DNA of 64,000 bases, taken from an uncultured bacterium. GTDB taxonomy: Bacteria; Acidobacteriota; JAQAZP01. Positions 44,152-54,305 of this stretch are shown piece by piece (within the stretch, counting starts at the first letter, position 1; each line of letters begins with the position of its first letter). The notes under the pieces are model-generated. The model was not told the origin of the DNA, made no database searches, and worked only from the letters and a program-made list of their open reading frames with translations. Location of the stretch: the NCBI GenBank assembly GCA_965531145.1, contig CBESOE010000009.1, positions 828 to 64,827 on the forward strand, in the 5' to 3' direction. Position numbers and translations under genes: made by a program.

Positions 44152-45732
44152 ATGCGCACAATTCTCCGGCGTTGCGGCGGCATTGTGCCGGTCGTCGCGG
44201 CACTCTTGCTTATTCTCCTGTTCTGCGGAGCGGGCTGCGGATTCTTCTCCCACCCCGGTGGTGAACACCGCCTGACCGTCCTCTACTTCGGCGACCTGCA
44301 CGGCCGCCTGCTGCCCCCCGAAGGTGAATCGACCACGGCGTCCGCTGGCTTTGCCAGGCTGACCGGTCTGGTGGAACGCATCCGGCAGGAGAACCGCGAT
44401 GCCGGCATCCCCACCCTGTTGCTGGTGGCCGGCGACTGTCTACAGGGAACCCCGATCTCCACGCTCTTCCGCGTGGAGGCCGAGTTCCGGGCCCTCAACC
44501 TGCTGCGGCCGGACGCCATGGTCCTGGGCAACCACGAGTTCGACTACGGGCTGCCCCGGCTGCGGGAGCTGATGGCCATGGCCGATTTCCCGGTGCTGGC
44601 GGCCAACGTTTCCGACGAGAAGGGGCGACCGCTGGCCGATGCCTTCACCACCCACTACTTCGACGACTTTTTCGTGGCCACCATCGGCACCACCGCCGAG
44701 GACACACCGAACCTCACCTCGCCGGCCAACGTGGAGGGCCTGACCTTCCAGCCCGCACTGGCCGCCACCTGGGAAACCTTCAGAACCGTCCGCTTCACCG
44801 CTGATTTCTGTATCGCCCTGACCCACCAGGGCCTGGCCCGGGACCAGCAACTGGCCGACTCGCTGGGCGGACTCAGCCTGGTTGTGGGGGGCCACGACCA
44901 CCTGGCCCTGGAGCAGCCGGTGTTCGGCAGGGAGCACTGCCTGGTGGTTCACGCCGGGTCCGACGGTCGCCACCTCGGCCGTCTGGACCTGGTGTTCTGG
45001 AAGGAGTCGGCCCGCGGGTCACCGCGGATCATGTCACACGAAAATGTCCTGATTCCCATCGATGACACCCTGCCGGCAGACCCCCGGGTGACTGAGTTGC
45101 TGGAGGAATACGGCCGTCTGGCCCGGGAGGCCTACGGCGAGCCGCTGGGCCGGTTGGACCAGGCGCTGGAAGGCCGCCGGGCGCTGGTGCGCAGCGGAGA
45201 GACCGGTCTCGGCTGTCTGGTGACCGACCTGATGCGCGAGGCCAGCGGGGCCGACGCCGCCCTGATCAATGCCGGGGCCATCCGTGCCTCCATCGACGCC
45301 GGCGAGGTTTCGCTGGCCGAGGTGGTCACCGCCCTGCCCTTCAACAACCGGGTGGTGCTGATCACCGTCAGCGGCGCCCAACTGCGGGCCGCCCTGGAGC
45401 ACGGCCTCAGCACGTCGGCAGCGGCCGGGCCCGGCGCCGGACGCGGCGGCGCCTTCCTCCAGGTCTCGGGAATCGGCTTCACGGTGAAAGGCGCGGAACC
45501 GGTGGACATTCACGTGGGGGGAGCGCCGCTGGATCCCGGGGCGGAGTATCTGGTGGCAGTGAACGATTTCCTCGCTGACGGCGGCGACGGCTTCGGGCCC
45601 TGGCTGGGCCGGGACACCGGGGAGCGCTCCGAAACCTTTTTCCTGGTCCACGACCTGGTGGCCGAGCACATCCGCCGCGGGAACGGGCAGGAGGATGCCC
45701 CCCGGGGCGGACGGATTCTCTTCGGCGGGTGA
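44152..45732 (+). CDS. Bifunctional metallophosphatase/5'-nucleotidase (UshA-like) lipoprotein.
   Basis: Lipobox LLFCGAGCG. Calcineurin-like motifs GDLHG, GDCLQG, GNHEFD, GGHDH. 5'-nucleotidase C-domain. Confidence 0.85.
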   Translation: MRTILRRCGGIVPVVAALLLILLFCGAGCGFFSHPGGEHRLTVLYFGDLHGRLLPPEGESTTASAGFARLTGLVERIRQENRDAGIPTLLLVAGDCLQGTPISTLFRVEAEFRALNLLRPDAMVLGNHEFDYGLPRLRELMAMADFPVLAANVSDEKGRPLADAFTTHYFDDFFVATIGTTAEDTPNLTSPANVEGLTFQPALAATWETFRTVRFTADFCIALTHQGLARDQQLADSLGGLSLVVGGHDHLALEQPVFGREHCLVVHAGSDGRHLGRLDLVFWKESARGSPRIMSHENVLIPIDDTLPADPRVTELLEEYGRLAREAYGEPLGRLDQALEGRRALVRSGETGLGCLVTDLMREASGADAALINAGAIRASIDAGEVSLAEVVTALPFNNRVVLITVSGAQLRAALEHGLSTSAAAGPGAGRGGAFLQVSGIGFTVKGAEPVDIHVGGAPLDPGAEYLVAVNDFLADGGDGFGPWLGRDTGERSETFFLVHDLVAEHIRRGNGQEDAPRGGRILFGG

Positions 45733-45751
45733 CGGTGGCCGGCCCGGAAGG

Positions 45752-46228
45752 TCAGTCCTTGACGTTGGAAAGGTCGTAGAGCATGGTGGGCTGGAGACCC
45801 ATCAACCGGACGTAGACCACCAGCTGGCCGCGGTGGTGGCACTCGTGGGCCAGGGCCATCATCATCAGGTTGGCCACGTGCATCTCCGGGGCAAAAATCG
45901 GATTGGGGCCCAGCGGGGAATTGATCCCTTCGGTCCCCTTCTCCTCGGCCAGGGCCAGCAGGCGCCGGCGGGCATGGTCCATGAAGGCCCGGGCCTCCTC
46001 CACCGTCTTCTCCGGCCGGTCCTCAAAAGTGTCGAAGCCCCAGTTGCCGTGCTTCAGCCCCTGCACCAGCCACTCTTCGAAAGCGCCGATGTGGGCCAGC
46101 TGTTCGGCGGCGGTCCTCATCCCGTCGGCGGGACGAAACTCACCGCGGTCCAGCGGAACGTCATTGTAGATATTGGAGCTGAAACGCCGCTCCATGATCA
46201 GCATTCTGGTGAGATTGACCACGTCCAT
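45752..46228 (-). CDS. DinB/YfiT-like four-helix-bundle metal-binding protein.
   Basis: Conserved His triad spacing with HECHHRGQ. About 160 aa from the internal ATG. Confidence 0.75.
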   Translation of the reverse strand: MDVVNLTRMLIMERRFSSNIYNDVPLDRGEFRPADGMRTAAEQLAHIGAFEEWLVQGLKHGNWGFDTFEDRPEKTVEEARAFMDHARRRLLALAEEKGTEGINSPLGPNPIFAPEMHVANLMMMALAHECHHRGQLVVYVRLMGLQPTMLYDLSNVKD

Positions 46229-46464
46229 CTTCGTAAGATCCCCTTCCTGAAGGACAGAACAAACGGCAGCCAGGTATCCGGACGAGGGAGTGTACCCACC
46301 GTCCGGATTCATGTCAATCGGCCCGGCGGCTCCGGCTGTTGAATGCGGCGGGAGTTGTCGTTATAGTTAGGCCCCCGGGCGACGCCCGGCCGGCGCCTGC
46401 AACGCCGGTGACAACCCGCGGACCGGCCCCCCGGGGCCAGCAACAGGAGCTTCGAGGTCGACAG

Positions 46465-48138
46465 ATGAGAAAACTCGTTGAGTGCGTTCCAAATTTCAGT
46501 GAAGGCCGTGACCAGGCGGTCATCGATTCCATCACGGCCGAGATCGGCCAGGTGGACGGGGTGACCCTGCTCGACGTGGATCCCGGAGCGGACACCAACC
46601 GCACCGTGGTGACCATGGTGGGCGAACCGGACGCGGTGGTGGAAGCGGCCTTCCAGGCCATCCGCAAGGCGGGAGAACTGATCGACATGACCGGTCACAG
46701 CGGCGCCCACCCGCGGATGGGCGCCACCGACGTCTGCCCCTTTGTCCCGGTGAGCGGGCTGACCATGGACGACTGCGCCGAGCTGGCCCGGCGTCTGGGC
46801 CAACGGGTTGGCGAGGAACTGGGCATCCCGGTCTATCTCTACGAGGACGCCGCGTCCCGTCCCGAACGGCAGAACCTGGCCGACGTGCGCAAGGGCGAAT
46901 ACGAAGGGCTGGCCGAGCGGGAGGGTAACGACTACTGGAATCCCGACTTCGGCCCGAACAGCTTCAACGCCCGCTCCGGGGCCACGGCCATCGGCGCCAG
47001 GGAGTTCCTCATCGCCTACAACATCAACTTCAACACCCGGAACAAAAAGCCGGTGCACGACATCGCCATGGACATCCGCGAAGCCGGTCGCAACATGCGG
47101 GGCCCTGACCGCAAATTCGTCCGCGACGAAAATGACGTGCCGATCAAAGCTCCGGGCAAGCTGAAGGCGGTCAAGGCCATCGGCTGGTATATCGAGGATT
47201 ACAATGTGGCCCAGCTCTCGGTGAACCTCACCAGCTATACCACCACCCCGCTGCACCTGCTCTTTGAGACCGTACGCGAGGAAGCACGCAAGCGCGGTCT
47301 GCGGGCCACCGGCAGCGAACTGGTGGGCCTGATTCCGCTGGACGCCATCCTTCAGGCCGGCCGGCACTACATCGACATGCAGGGCGGATCGAAGGGCCTC
47401 CCCGAACTGGACATCGTGCACATCGCGGTGAAATCTCTCGGGCTGGACGAGCTCTACCCTTTCGACCCGGAGAAGAAGATCATCGAGTACGCGGTGCGCG
47501 GGAAAGGCGAACTGGCCTCGCTCACCGTGGCGGGTTTCTGCGACGTGCTCTCCACCGATGCCCCGGCTCCAGGGGGCGGCAGCGTGGCCGCCCTCTGCGG
47601 CGCACTCTCCGCCGCCCTCACCGCCATGGTGGGCAACCTGACCACCGGCAAGGGCATCAGCACCACCCAGGAGCAGGCCGCCTGGGCCATCTCCGAACGG
47701 GGTCAGAAACTGAAAGAGGCCTTTGTGCTGGCCATCGATGAGGACACCAAGGCCTTCAACCGGGTGATGGATTGCTTCAGGCTGCCCAAGAAGAGTGACG
47801 AGCAGAAGGCGGCGCGGCAGGCGGCCATCGAAGAGGCCAACAAGGGCGCCACCATGGTGCCACTGGAAGTGCTGCGCCGGTCGGTGGAGGCCCTGGAACT
47901 GGCCGAGCAGATGGTGCCCATCGGCAACCCCAACTGCGCCTCGGACGCCGGGGTGGCCGGTCTCACCGGCCGTGCGGCCGCCCACGGGGCCGGCTACAAC
48001 GCGCTGATCAATCTCGCCGGGATCGAGGACGAGGAGTTCTGTGCCATGGTGCGTGAGGAAGCGGGGCGGCTGAGGAACGAGGCCGACGAAATCGCCGGCC
48101 GGATCGCCGTAGCCACCGAGGCCAAACTGGCTGGATAG
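46465..48138 (+). CDS. ftcD: Glutamate formimidoyltransferase/formiminotetrahydrofolate cyclodeaminase (FtcD-like bifunctional).
   Basis: N-terminus KLVECVPNFSEGRD, formiminotransferase N and C subdomains, then cyclodeaminase domain (GGGSVAALCGALSAALTAMVGNLT). Confidence 0.85.
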   Translation: MRKLVECVPNFSEGRDQAVIDSITAEIGQVDGVTLLDVDPGADTNRTVVTMVGEPDAVVEAAFQAIRKAGELIDMTGHSGAHPRMGATDVCPFVPVSGLTMDDCAELARRLGQRVGEELGIPVYLYEDAASRPERQNLADVRKGEYEGLAEREGNDYWNPDFGPNSFNARSGATAIGAREFLIAYNINFNTRNKKPVHDIAMDIREAGRNMRGPDRKFVRDENDVPIKAPGKLKAVKAIGWYIEDYNVAQLSVNLTSYTTTPLHLLFETVREEARKRGLRATGSELVGLIPLDAILQAGRHYIDMQGGSKGLPELDIVHIAVKSLGLDELYPFDPEKKIIEYAVRGKGELASLTVAGFCDVLSTDAPAPGGGSVAALCGALSAALTAMVGNLTTGKGISTTQEQAAWAISERGQKLKEAFVLAIDEDTKAFNRVMDCFRLPKKSDEQKAARQAAIEEANKGATMVPLEVLRRSVEALELAEQMVPIGNPNCASDAGVAGLTGRAAAHGAGYNALINLAGIEDEEFCAMVREEAGRLRNEADEIAGRIAVATEAKLAG

Positions 48139-48141
48139 GAT

Positions 48142-48235
48142 CGCGCAGTCAGGAGGTCATGCTGTTCCCCCTCGCTCCTGTCGCGAAACGCTCCACTGTC
48201 GCTCGGATGGAACAGCATGACCTCCTGACTGCGCG
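48142..48235. repeat. 94-bp element with perfect 27-bp terminal inverted repeats (MITE-like or structured RNA).
   Basis: CGCGCAGTCAGGAGGTCATGCTGTTCC ...40 nt... GGAACAGCATGACCTCCTGACTGCGCG. The arms contain SD-ATG on both strands, which creates mirror-image spurious ORFs. Confidence 0.5.
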
Positions 48236-48242
48236 TCGGAGC

Positions 48243-48271
48243 AAAAAAAGGGCACCGCGACTGCGGTGCCC
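48243..48271 (-). terminator. Canonical intrinsic terminator (minus strand) of the membrane sulfatase-like gene.
   Basis: GGGCACCGC-gact-GCGGTGCCC 9-bp GC stem, followed on the minus strand by TTTTTTT (48249-48243). Confidence 0.65.
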
Positions 48272-48309
48272 TTCTGATGTACGCCCCCGCTTATTGCATG
48301 CAAAAAGAC

Positions 48310-48367
48310 GGGGTCAGGTACTTTTCATTTGCACTGTCATTAGTGCAAATGAAAAGTACCTGACCCC
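48310..48367. terminator. 25-bp perfect stem-loop between ftcD and the sulfatase-like gene. It is a probable bidirectional terminator or structural element.
   Basis: GGGGTCAGGTACTTTTCATTTGCAC-tgtcatta-GTGCAAATGAAAAGTACCTGACCCC, flanked by A-rich (5') and T-rich (3') runs. Confidence 0.5.
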
Positions 48368-48386
48368 ATTTATTTCACAGGCAGAA

Positions 48387-50552
48387 CTACTGCATATACC
48401 CCAGGGCCCGCAGGTGCGCCCGGGTCTCCTCGTCCAGTTCGGCCTTACCGTCCGATTTGTCCAGCATCTCGTAGAGCGTCCGCTGCTGCGAGAGGTGGTC
48501 CATCAGCACGCCCTTCATCGCCAACCGCCGTTCGAGGTCGACCTCGGCAATGTTGACCTGTTCACGCGGGTCGGCGACCATGTTGTAAAGCTGGTCGTCG
48601 CCGGTGTCCTCGTCGAGGACGTACTTGAACTCACCGTCGCAGTACCCCTTAAGATCCCGGTAGTAAATCATCGACTCGTAGAACGCCGGGCGGTCCAGAG
48701 GCTCCTCCTCGCCGCGGATCAACGGCAGCAGACTCTGCCCCTCGGCCAGGTCCAGGGCCGGCAGGCCGAGAAAGTCGAGCACGGTGGGCGCCACGTCCAC
48801 CAGCCGGACCTGGGTGTCGATCTCGCTGCGGGCCACCGGGAAACCGTCAGGCAGACGGATGACCATGGGTACCCGCACCACCTCGCTAAAGAAGGTGTGG
48901 CCGTGGGACACGTCATGGTGCTCCCAGAACTCCTCTCCGTGGTCGGCGGTGAAGATGATCATGGTGTTGTCCAGCAGTCCCAGTTCGGCCACCCGGTCGA
49001 GGAAACGGCCTAGCTGGCGGTCGGTGAACTCCACCTCGCGGTTGTAGAGATCCTCCACGTGCAGCCGGTCCACCTCTTCCAGCATGATCCCCTTGCGGTA
49101 GCCCACCACCATCCCGGAATTGCGCGGCGGGATCCTGGTGCTCTTGTAGGTCTGCCCCGCCCCCTCGGCCCACTGTCCCCGGGCGATGTACGGTTCGTGG
49201 GGGTCGATGACGTGGAGCCAGAAGAAGAAGTTGCTGTCCTTGTTCGCCTCCAGGAAGTCCAGGGCGTAATCCACGTGCATCCGTGAATTGCTGGTGTCCT
49301 GGCGGGCGGTGGTGTCGGGGAAAATGGAACGGAGGAAACGGAACCAGAGGTTGGCCGTCCAGTACTGGGTCCGCAGGCGGTGCTTCATGTGGTCATAGAA
49401 ACGAAATCCCTGGTGCGCACCGAAGGCCTCCAGCAGCCAGCCGTTGGAGACCACGGCGCCGGTCATCAGACCGGCCTCGCTGAGCCTCTCGGCCAGGGTC
49501 ACCCGCAGATCGTCGAGGCGGTCCTGCATCGAGGTCACCCCGTGGCCGGTGGGATACATGGAGGTGTGGATGGTGCAGAGAGAGGGCAGGGTCCAGGGTG
49601 AATTGGCCTGCATACTGTGGAAGATCACCCCGTCGCGGGCCACCCGGTCGAGGTTCGGTGTCTGGGGCCCCTGGGGGTCGCTCACCGACAGGCGGTCGGC
49701 GCGCAGAGTGTCCACCGAAATAAGGATCACGTTGAGGTCCTTCTCCGCGGTGGTCTCAATGGTGGCCATGCTGAATTCGGCCTTCTTGGCCGCCATGGGA
49801 AGGAAAGTGCAGCAGGTCAGCAGCAGCAGGACCAGGGTCAACTGGTGCCGGGTAAGGAAACTACGCCGCCATCCCGCCTGGTAGCGGGGGTAGAGGAAGC
49901 GCCAGGTGGCCCAGGTGAGCAGCAGCAGTCCGACACCGAACGCACCCAGGATGAGGAAGAACCGGGCGTTGAAATCATACTTGAGATAGACCCGGTTGAC
50001 CCAGAGCAGCGGCGGGGTGAGCAGGATGGCCCAGAGCCCGAAAGCCACCAGCAGGGCCTTCAGCTTCGACGCCCAGGGAGCACGCCGCAGGCGGCCGGCC
50101 AGCAGTCCCATGGCCAGGCCGATGAACAGCCCGGCAAAGATCAGCCGCAGGTTGAAGAAGAGCTTTGACGGGTTGAGCAGCAAATGCAGTTTGAGGGTTG
50201 GATTGAACATAAAAAAGAGATAGACCGTACCCACCAGCATGGTGGCCAAGCCGGTGAAGAAGGGTACGAAGCGGTCCTCGTCCCGGAACAACGGATAGCG
50301 CCGGCCAAAGACCAGGTAGAGCAGCAGCGCCAGCAGTCCGAGAAACAGCCCCCACCCTACGGCCTCGGAAAAAATAGGAGTAAAAAACACCTGGATCAGC
50401 TTGGGGATGGAGGTGAGTGGCACACCGGTGGAGGAGCCGGAGGTCACGGTGGTGGAGAGGAACCCCTCCTGGAATCCGAGCAGGGCCCCGAGAACCACGC
50501 CGGAGCGCCAGCCGAATCCGGTCACATCTTTCCAGTTCATTCTTTCTGTCAT
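48387..50552 (-). CDS. Polytopic membrane sulfatase-like hydrolase/transferase (LtaS/EptA/OpgB-like alkaline-phosphatase superfamily, Thr nucleophile).
   Basis: ~8 N-terminal TM helices, then ILISVDTLRADRL nucleophile motif and the sulfatase fold (HVIDPHEPY, FTADHGEEF). The start among several in-frame ATGs is uncertain. Confidence 0.8.
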   Translation of the reverse strand: MTERMNWKDVTGFGWRSGVVLGALLGFQEGFLSTTVTSGSSTGVPLTSIPKLIQVFFTPIFSEAVGWGLFLGLLALLLYLVFGRRYPLFRDEDRFVPFFTGLATMLVGTVYLFFMFNPTLKLHLLLNPSKLFFNLRLIFAGLFIGLAMGLLAGRLRRAPWASKLKALLVAFGLWAILLTPPLLWVNRVYLKYDFNARFFLILGAFGVGLLLLTWATWRFLYPRYQAGWRRSFLTRHQLTLVLLLLTCCTFLPMAAKKAEFSMATIETTAEKDLNVILISVDTLRADRLSVSDPQGPQTPNLDRVARDGVIFHSMQANSPWTLPSLCTIHTSMYPTGHGVTSMQDRLDDLRVTLAERLSEAGLMTGAVVSNGWLLEAFGAHQGFRFYDHMKHRLRTQYWTANLWFRFLRSIFPDTTARQDTSNSRMHVDYALDFLEANKDSNFFFWLHVIDPHEPYIARGQWAEGAGQTYKSTRIPPRNSGMVVGYRKGIMLEEVDRLHVEDLYNREVEFTDRQLGRFLDRVAELGLLDNTMIIFTADHGEEFWEHHDVSHGHTFFSEVVRVPMVIRLPDGFPVARSEIDTQVRLVDVAPTVLDFLGLPALDLAEGQSLLPLIRGEEEPLDRPAFYESMIYYRDLKGYCDGEFKYVLDEDTGDDQLYNMVADPREQVNIAEVDLERRLAMKGVLMDHLSQQRTLYEMLDKSDGKAELDEETRAHLRALGYMQ

Positions 50553-50907
50553 TTTCCTGGTATCGGATTGCCTCGCCGCCACCCGGTTTCCTGCGCGGAA
50601 GACCCTGTTGACTGGACCGGGAACAGACCGGGAAGCCTGGGTCGAGGAATGTTGAACAACCCCTGAAACGGGAAGAACGAGTATAAACCGCTCCCCCATA
50701 CGAATCAAGAAAATCTGAAGAGTGCCAAAGACTTACCGGCCGACCAGGAACCGCAGGACCCTCCGCAGGTGCACTCCTCCGCTGAATTCTTGACAGGCAC
50801 TGCCCCCACTGGCAGTATTGCAGGTGATCATAGGAACACCTGTCTCCATTTACGGCGCCACTGCCCCGCTGTTCCGGGCGGCGGCTTGGCCGGAGGTTTA
50901 GTACGGC

Positions 50908-52002
50908 ATGGGCAAGCTCTCCAGGATCGGCATTCTCACCGGCGGCGGTGATTGTCCCGGGCTCAACGCGGTGATCCGCGCGGTGGCCAAGATGGCGCTG
51001 ACCCACCTCGACGTGGAGGTGATCGGTTTTCTCGATGGTTTTGAAGGGCTGGTGGACAACCGCTTCATCCGCCTGGACCGGGATGAGGTCTCCGGCATCC
51101 TCACCCGGGGGGGAACCATCCTCGGCACCTCCAACCGCTCGGACCCCTTCAATTACCCCATGCTGGAGAACAACGAGAACGTCTACCGCGACCGCTCCGA
51201 CCAGGCCGCTCACACCTTCCGCCAGCACGGTCTCGACGCCCTGGTGAGCATCGGCGGGGACGGCACCATGGCCGTGACCCAGAAGATGGCCGAAAAGTGG
51301 GATATCCCGGTGGTGGGAGTGCCCAAGACCATCGACAACGACCTGATGTACACCGATCAAACCTTTGGCTTTGATTCAGCCATGACCACCGCCACCGAGG
51401 CCATCGACAAGATCCACACCACGGCTCAGTCACACCACCGGGTGATGGTGGTGGAGGTGATGGGACGCTACGCCGGCTGGCTGGCCCTCTGCTCGGGCCT
51501 GGCCGGCGGTGGCGACATCATCCTCATCCCGGAGATTCCCTACCGTATGGACGCCATCTGCGAAGCGGTGAAACAGCGAAACTACGAGGGCAAGAATTTC
51601 AGCATCGTGGTGGTTGGCGAAGGGGCGAAGCCGGAAGGCGGCCAGATGGTGGTGAAGAAGCGTGTGGAAGGAAGCCCGGAGGCGATCCGCCTCGGCGGTA
51701 TCGGCCACGTGGTGGCCGACGAGGTCGAGGAACTGGCCGGCATCGAGACCCGGGTCACGGTTTTGGGCCATCTTCTCCGGGGAGGAATTCCCACGCCGGC
51801 CGACCGGCTGCTGGCCACCCGCTTTGGCGTGGAGGCCATGCGCCTGCTGGTGGACGGTGAATTCGGCCGGATGGCAGCCCTGCACGGGCACCAGATCACT
51901 TCGGTGCCGCTGAACGAGGTTGTGGGACAGCCGCGGAAAGTGCCCCCGGAATCGGAATTGCTGGACGCGGCCCGCGCGGTGGGCACCTGCCTGGGTATCT
52001 GA
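50908..52002 (+). CDS. pfkA: ATP-dependent 6-phosphofructokinase.
   Basis: IGILTGGGDCPGLNAVIRAV, SIGGDGTMA, GVPKTIDNDL, MGRYAGWLAL: the canonical PFK signature set. Confidence 0.9.
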   Translation: MGKLSRIGILTGGGDCPGLNAVIRAVAKMALTHLDVEVIGFLDGFEGLVDNRFIRLDRDEVSGILTRGGTILGTSNRSDPFNYPMLENNENVYRDRSDQAAHTFRQHGLDALVSIGGDGTMAVTQKMAEKWDIPVVGVPKTIDNDLMYTDQTFGFDSAMTTATEAIDKIHTTAQSHHRVMVVEVMGRYAGWLALCSGLAGGGDIILIPEIPYRMDAICEAVKQRNYEGKNFSIVVVGEGAKPEGGQMVVKKRVEGSPEAIRLGGIGHVVADEVEELAGIETRVTVLGHLLRGGIPTPADRLLATRFGVEAMRLLVDGEFGRMAALHGHQITSVPLNEVVGQPRKVPPESELLDAARAVGTCLGI

Positions 52003-52025
52003 ACCGGTGAAGAGAACGAGGAATA

Positions 52026-52786
52026 TGGTGGACGGAAGACAAGCAGCCTCACTGAGTCGAGTGGTGCCTGTACTGGCCCTGCTGGCACTGCTCTGTTCCC
52101 TGCCCCTGGCCGGGTCGGACACGGCCCCGGGGACCGGTGCAGCGGAGGCGCCCGACAGCCAGCCCTCCCTGACGATCCAGATCAGCGGTCGTGATGCCGA
52201 GATGTCCGGGCAGGTCCTGCGCCTGATCTCCATGGACCTGGGGATATTCGGCTACCGGGTGGCCGATCCGTCCCGGGCGGAAGAGGGGCTGGGAAATATC
52301 CGGCTCAAGATCTCCACCTCCATGGCAAAAACAAGCTGGCGGGGCAGCACCGACAGCAAGGCCCGTCTGGAAACCAGGCGCCTGGTGCTCAAGGGATCGT
52401 TCAAGGGCGACAAGGCCCGGGTGCGGCTCCTCGAGGAGGACGTGGCCGGCTGTTTCCTCACCGATCAGGATTCAATGGCCGGCGGTCTGTTCCAGCGCAC
52501 CCGGCGGGCTGCCGACGGGGTCTGGGTGGAGACCGACACCTCGCTGATCATGCGGATGATCAGGCGCCTGGAGATCGAGATTTTCGGCGCCATGGCCACC
52601 GAGCAATCAATCCGGGCATTGCTGGCCCTGTACTGGGAATTCCCCGACCTGCTTGGCCCGCGTATTCTGGACACCGTGCGCACCAACAGGAAAACGATCA
52701 TTCCGGTGCTGGAATCGCTCTACACCTCGGCCACCGGCTCGGAGAGAGCCGCCGCGGCAGCGATTCTGGCCCGATACGCCGACTGA
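52026..52786 (+). CDS. Hypothetical secreted protein.
   Basis: GAGGAAT RBS. Signal peptide. 24 nt downstream of pfkA. No recognisable domain. Confidence 0.55.
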
Positions 52787-52789
52787 CCC

Positions 52790-54001
52790 ATGGAGCGTTC
52801 CGCATACCAGGACCCGGACGAACAGGGTTCCCGCGATGAGCCCGTGCGGCCCCGACGCTGGCGGGCGATCCGCCTGGCCGCGGCCATGCTGATCCTCCTG
52901 CTGGCCGTGCTCTTCCTCAAGCGTCTGCTGGAGGAGATCGGCCCCTCCAGGGTCCTGCAGGCCCTGCTGGACGCCGATCCCCTGCTGCTGCTGCTCACCT
53001 TCACCGCCATTGCCGCCCGCTACTGGCTCTGGGCGGGGAAGTGGCGTGCCATTGCCCGCCGCGAGCACCTGCCGGTGCACAACCGGGCTTTCTTCCCCAG
53101 CCTGCTCTGCGGTTCCTTCACCGACCTGGTGGCGCCCACGGCCAAGACGGCCGGCGGATTCCTCCGCACCTACCTGGTGGCCACCCGCAGCCGGATGCCG
53201 GCGTTCAAGATCTACGGCACCACGCTGCAGGACCAGGTGACCAACATGCTGGGGGTCTTCCTCGTCTCCTTTATCGCCATGGCTGCCATCCCTTTCTGGC
53301 AGCAGCCGGAACACCGTGCCGCCTCATCGGTCACCGCAGCCAACCGACTGGTGATCAGCGGTCTGGGCTTTGCCGGCATTCTGGGCCTGGTGGCCCTGCT
53401 GGTCTTCCGCCGGCAGTTGGGGCACTTCCTCTCCACCCGCAACTACCGCGGCCTGCTCACCGCGCTTTACCGGCCGCTGAAGCTGCTCCCCCCGGCCCGG
53501 GCCCGCTATGCCTCCGCCGATGAATTCGCCGACACCGTCCTCTCCGGCAGCATGGACATCTTCGGCCCGCTGCGCCGTCTGCTGGAATCGAAGCGCGGGA
53601 CATTCAAGGACGTTTCCAAGGGGGCATTCCTCTGGCTCTGCTATTGCGCCGGCAACTACTTCGCCTTCCAGGCCTGCGGGGCCGGCGAGGGCGAGGCGCC
53701 GCTGCTGATGGTGGCCGCCATCCTCTCCCTGGGCAACCTGCTGGGCATCATCTCCACCGTGCCCGGCGGCATCGGCGTCACCGAAGCCTCGCTGATCGGG
53801 CTGCACATCTTCTTCGGTGTGCGGCCCGAGCTGGCCGCTGCGGCCAGCCTGCTCTTCCGCCTTGCCTACTATTTATTCATCCTCATCTCGGGAGCGATCT
53901 CCTTTGCCTGGGCCTCACGGATCAGGAAACGGATGGCCCGCAAGGAGGCCGACCTGGAGGCCGCCCTGGAGGCCGTGAGGAAGATGGACCGCGAAAACTG
54001 A
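52790..54001 (+). CDS. Lysylphosphatidylglycerol-synthase-TM-like flippase-type membrane protein (UPF0104/TIGR00374 family).
   Basis: 8 TM helices with the conserved basic loops of the LPG_synthase_TM family. No C-terminal aminoacyl-transferase domain. Confidence 0.7.
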   Translation: MERSAYQDPDEQGSRDEPVRPRRWRAIRLAAAMLILLLAVLFLKRLLEEIGPSRVLQALLDADPLLLLLTFTAIAARYWLWAGKWRAIARREHLPVHNRAFFPSLLCGSFTDLVAPTAKTAGGFLRTYLVATRSRMPAFKIYGTTLQDQVTNMLGVFLVSFIAMAAIPFWQQPEHRAASSVTAANRLVISGLGFAGILGLVALLVFRRQLGHFLSTRNYRGLLTALYRPLKLLPPARARYASADEFADTVLSGSMDIFGPLRRLLESKRGTFKDVSKGAFLWLCYCAGNYFAFQACGAGEGEAPLLMVAAILSLGNLLGIISTVPGGIGVTEASLIGLHIFFGVRPELAAAASLLFRLAYYLFILISGAISFAWASRIRKRMARKEADLEAALEAVRKMDREN

Positions 54002-54020
54002 AACCGTCGGGAGGTGACCG

Positions 54021-54305
54021 ATGAGCACGATCCAGCAAAGCCCCGATTCCGATCCCCGCCCGGAAAAGAACGACGTCACCACCCGCCGGGTGCTGCTCAC
54101 CATTGCAATCATCGGCGGTGCCCTGCTCTTCATGGTCCTGCCCTGGATCTTCCTCTTCCACGCCCCGGAGCAGTTCGCCGGCTGGGCCGCTTCCGGCGTC
54201 GTCCTGGCCATCGCCGTGCACCTCTTCCTCAACACCCGCAAACGGCGAAAGGCCCTTGATGAAATGCTGGATGAGGAGGACGACGACACCACCCCCGCCC
54301 CTTGA
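54021..54305 (+). CDS. Small membrane protein with two TM helices and an acidic C-tail.
   Basis: RRVLLTIAIIGGALLFMVLPWIFLF, AGWAASGVVLAIAVHLFL. Last gene of the pfkA gene string. Confidence 0.45.
   Translation: MSTIQQSPDSDPRPEKNDVTTRRVLLTIAIIGGALLFMVLPWIFLFHAPEQFAGWAASGVVLAIAVHLFLNTRKRRKALDEMLDEEDDDTTPAP

Noticed and set aside
48159-49013. ORF starting with a perfect SD-ATG inside the 27-bp inverted repeat, and its mirror-image ORF 47994..48218 on the other strand.
   Set aside because: Both arise because the palindrome places CAGGAGGTCATG on each strand. Their bodies are antisense to real genes (sulfatase-like, ftcD).
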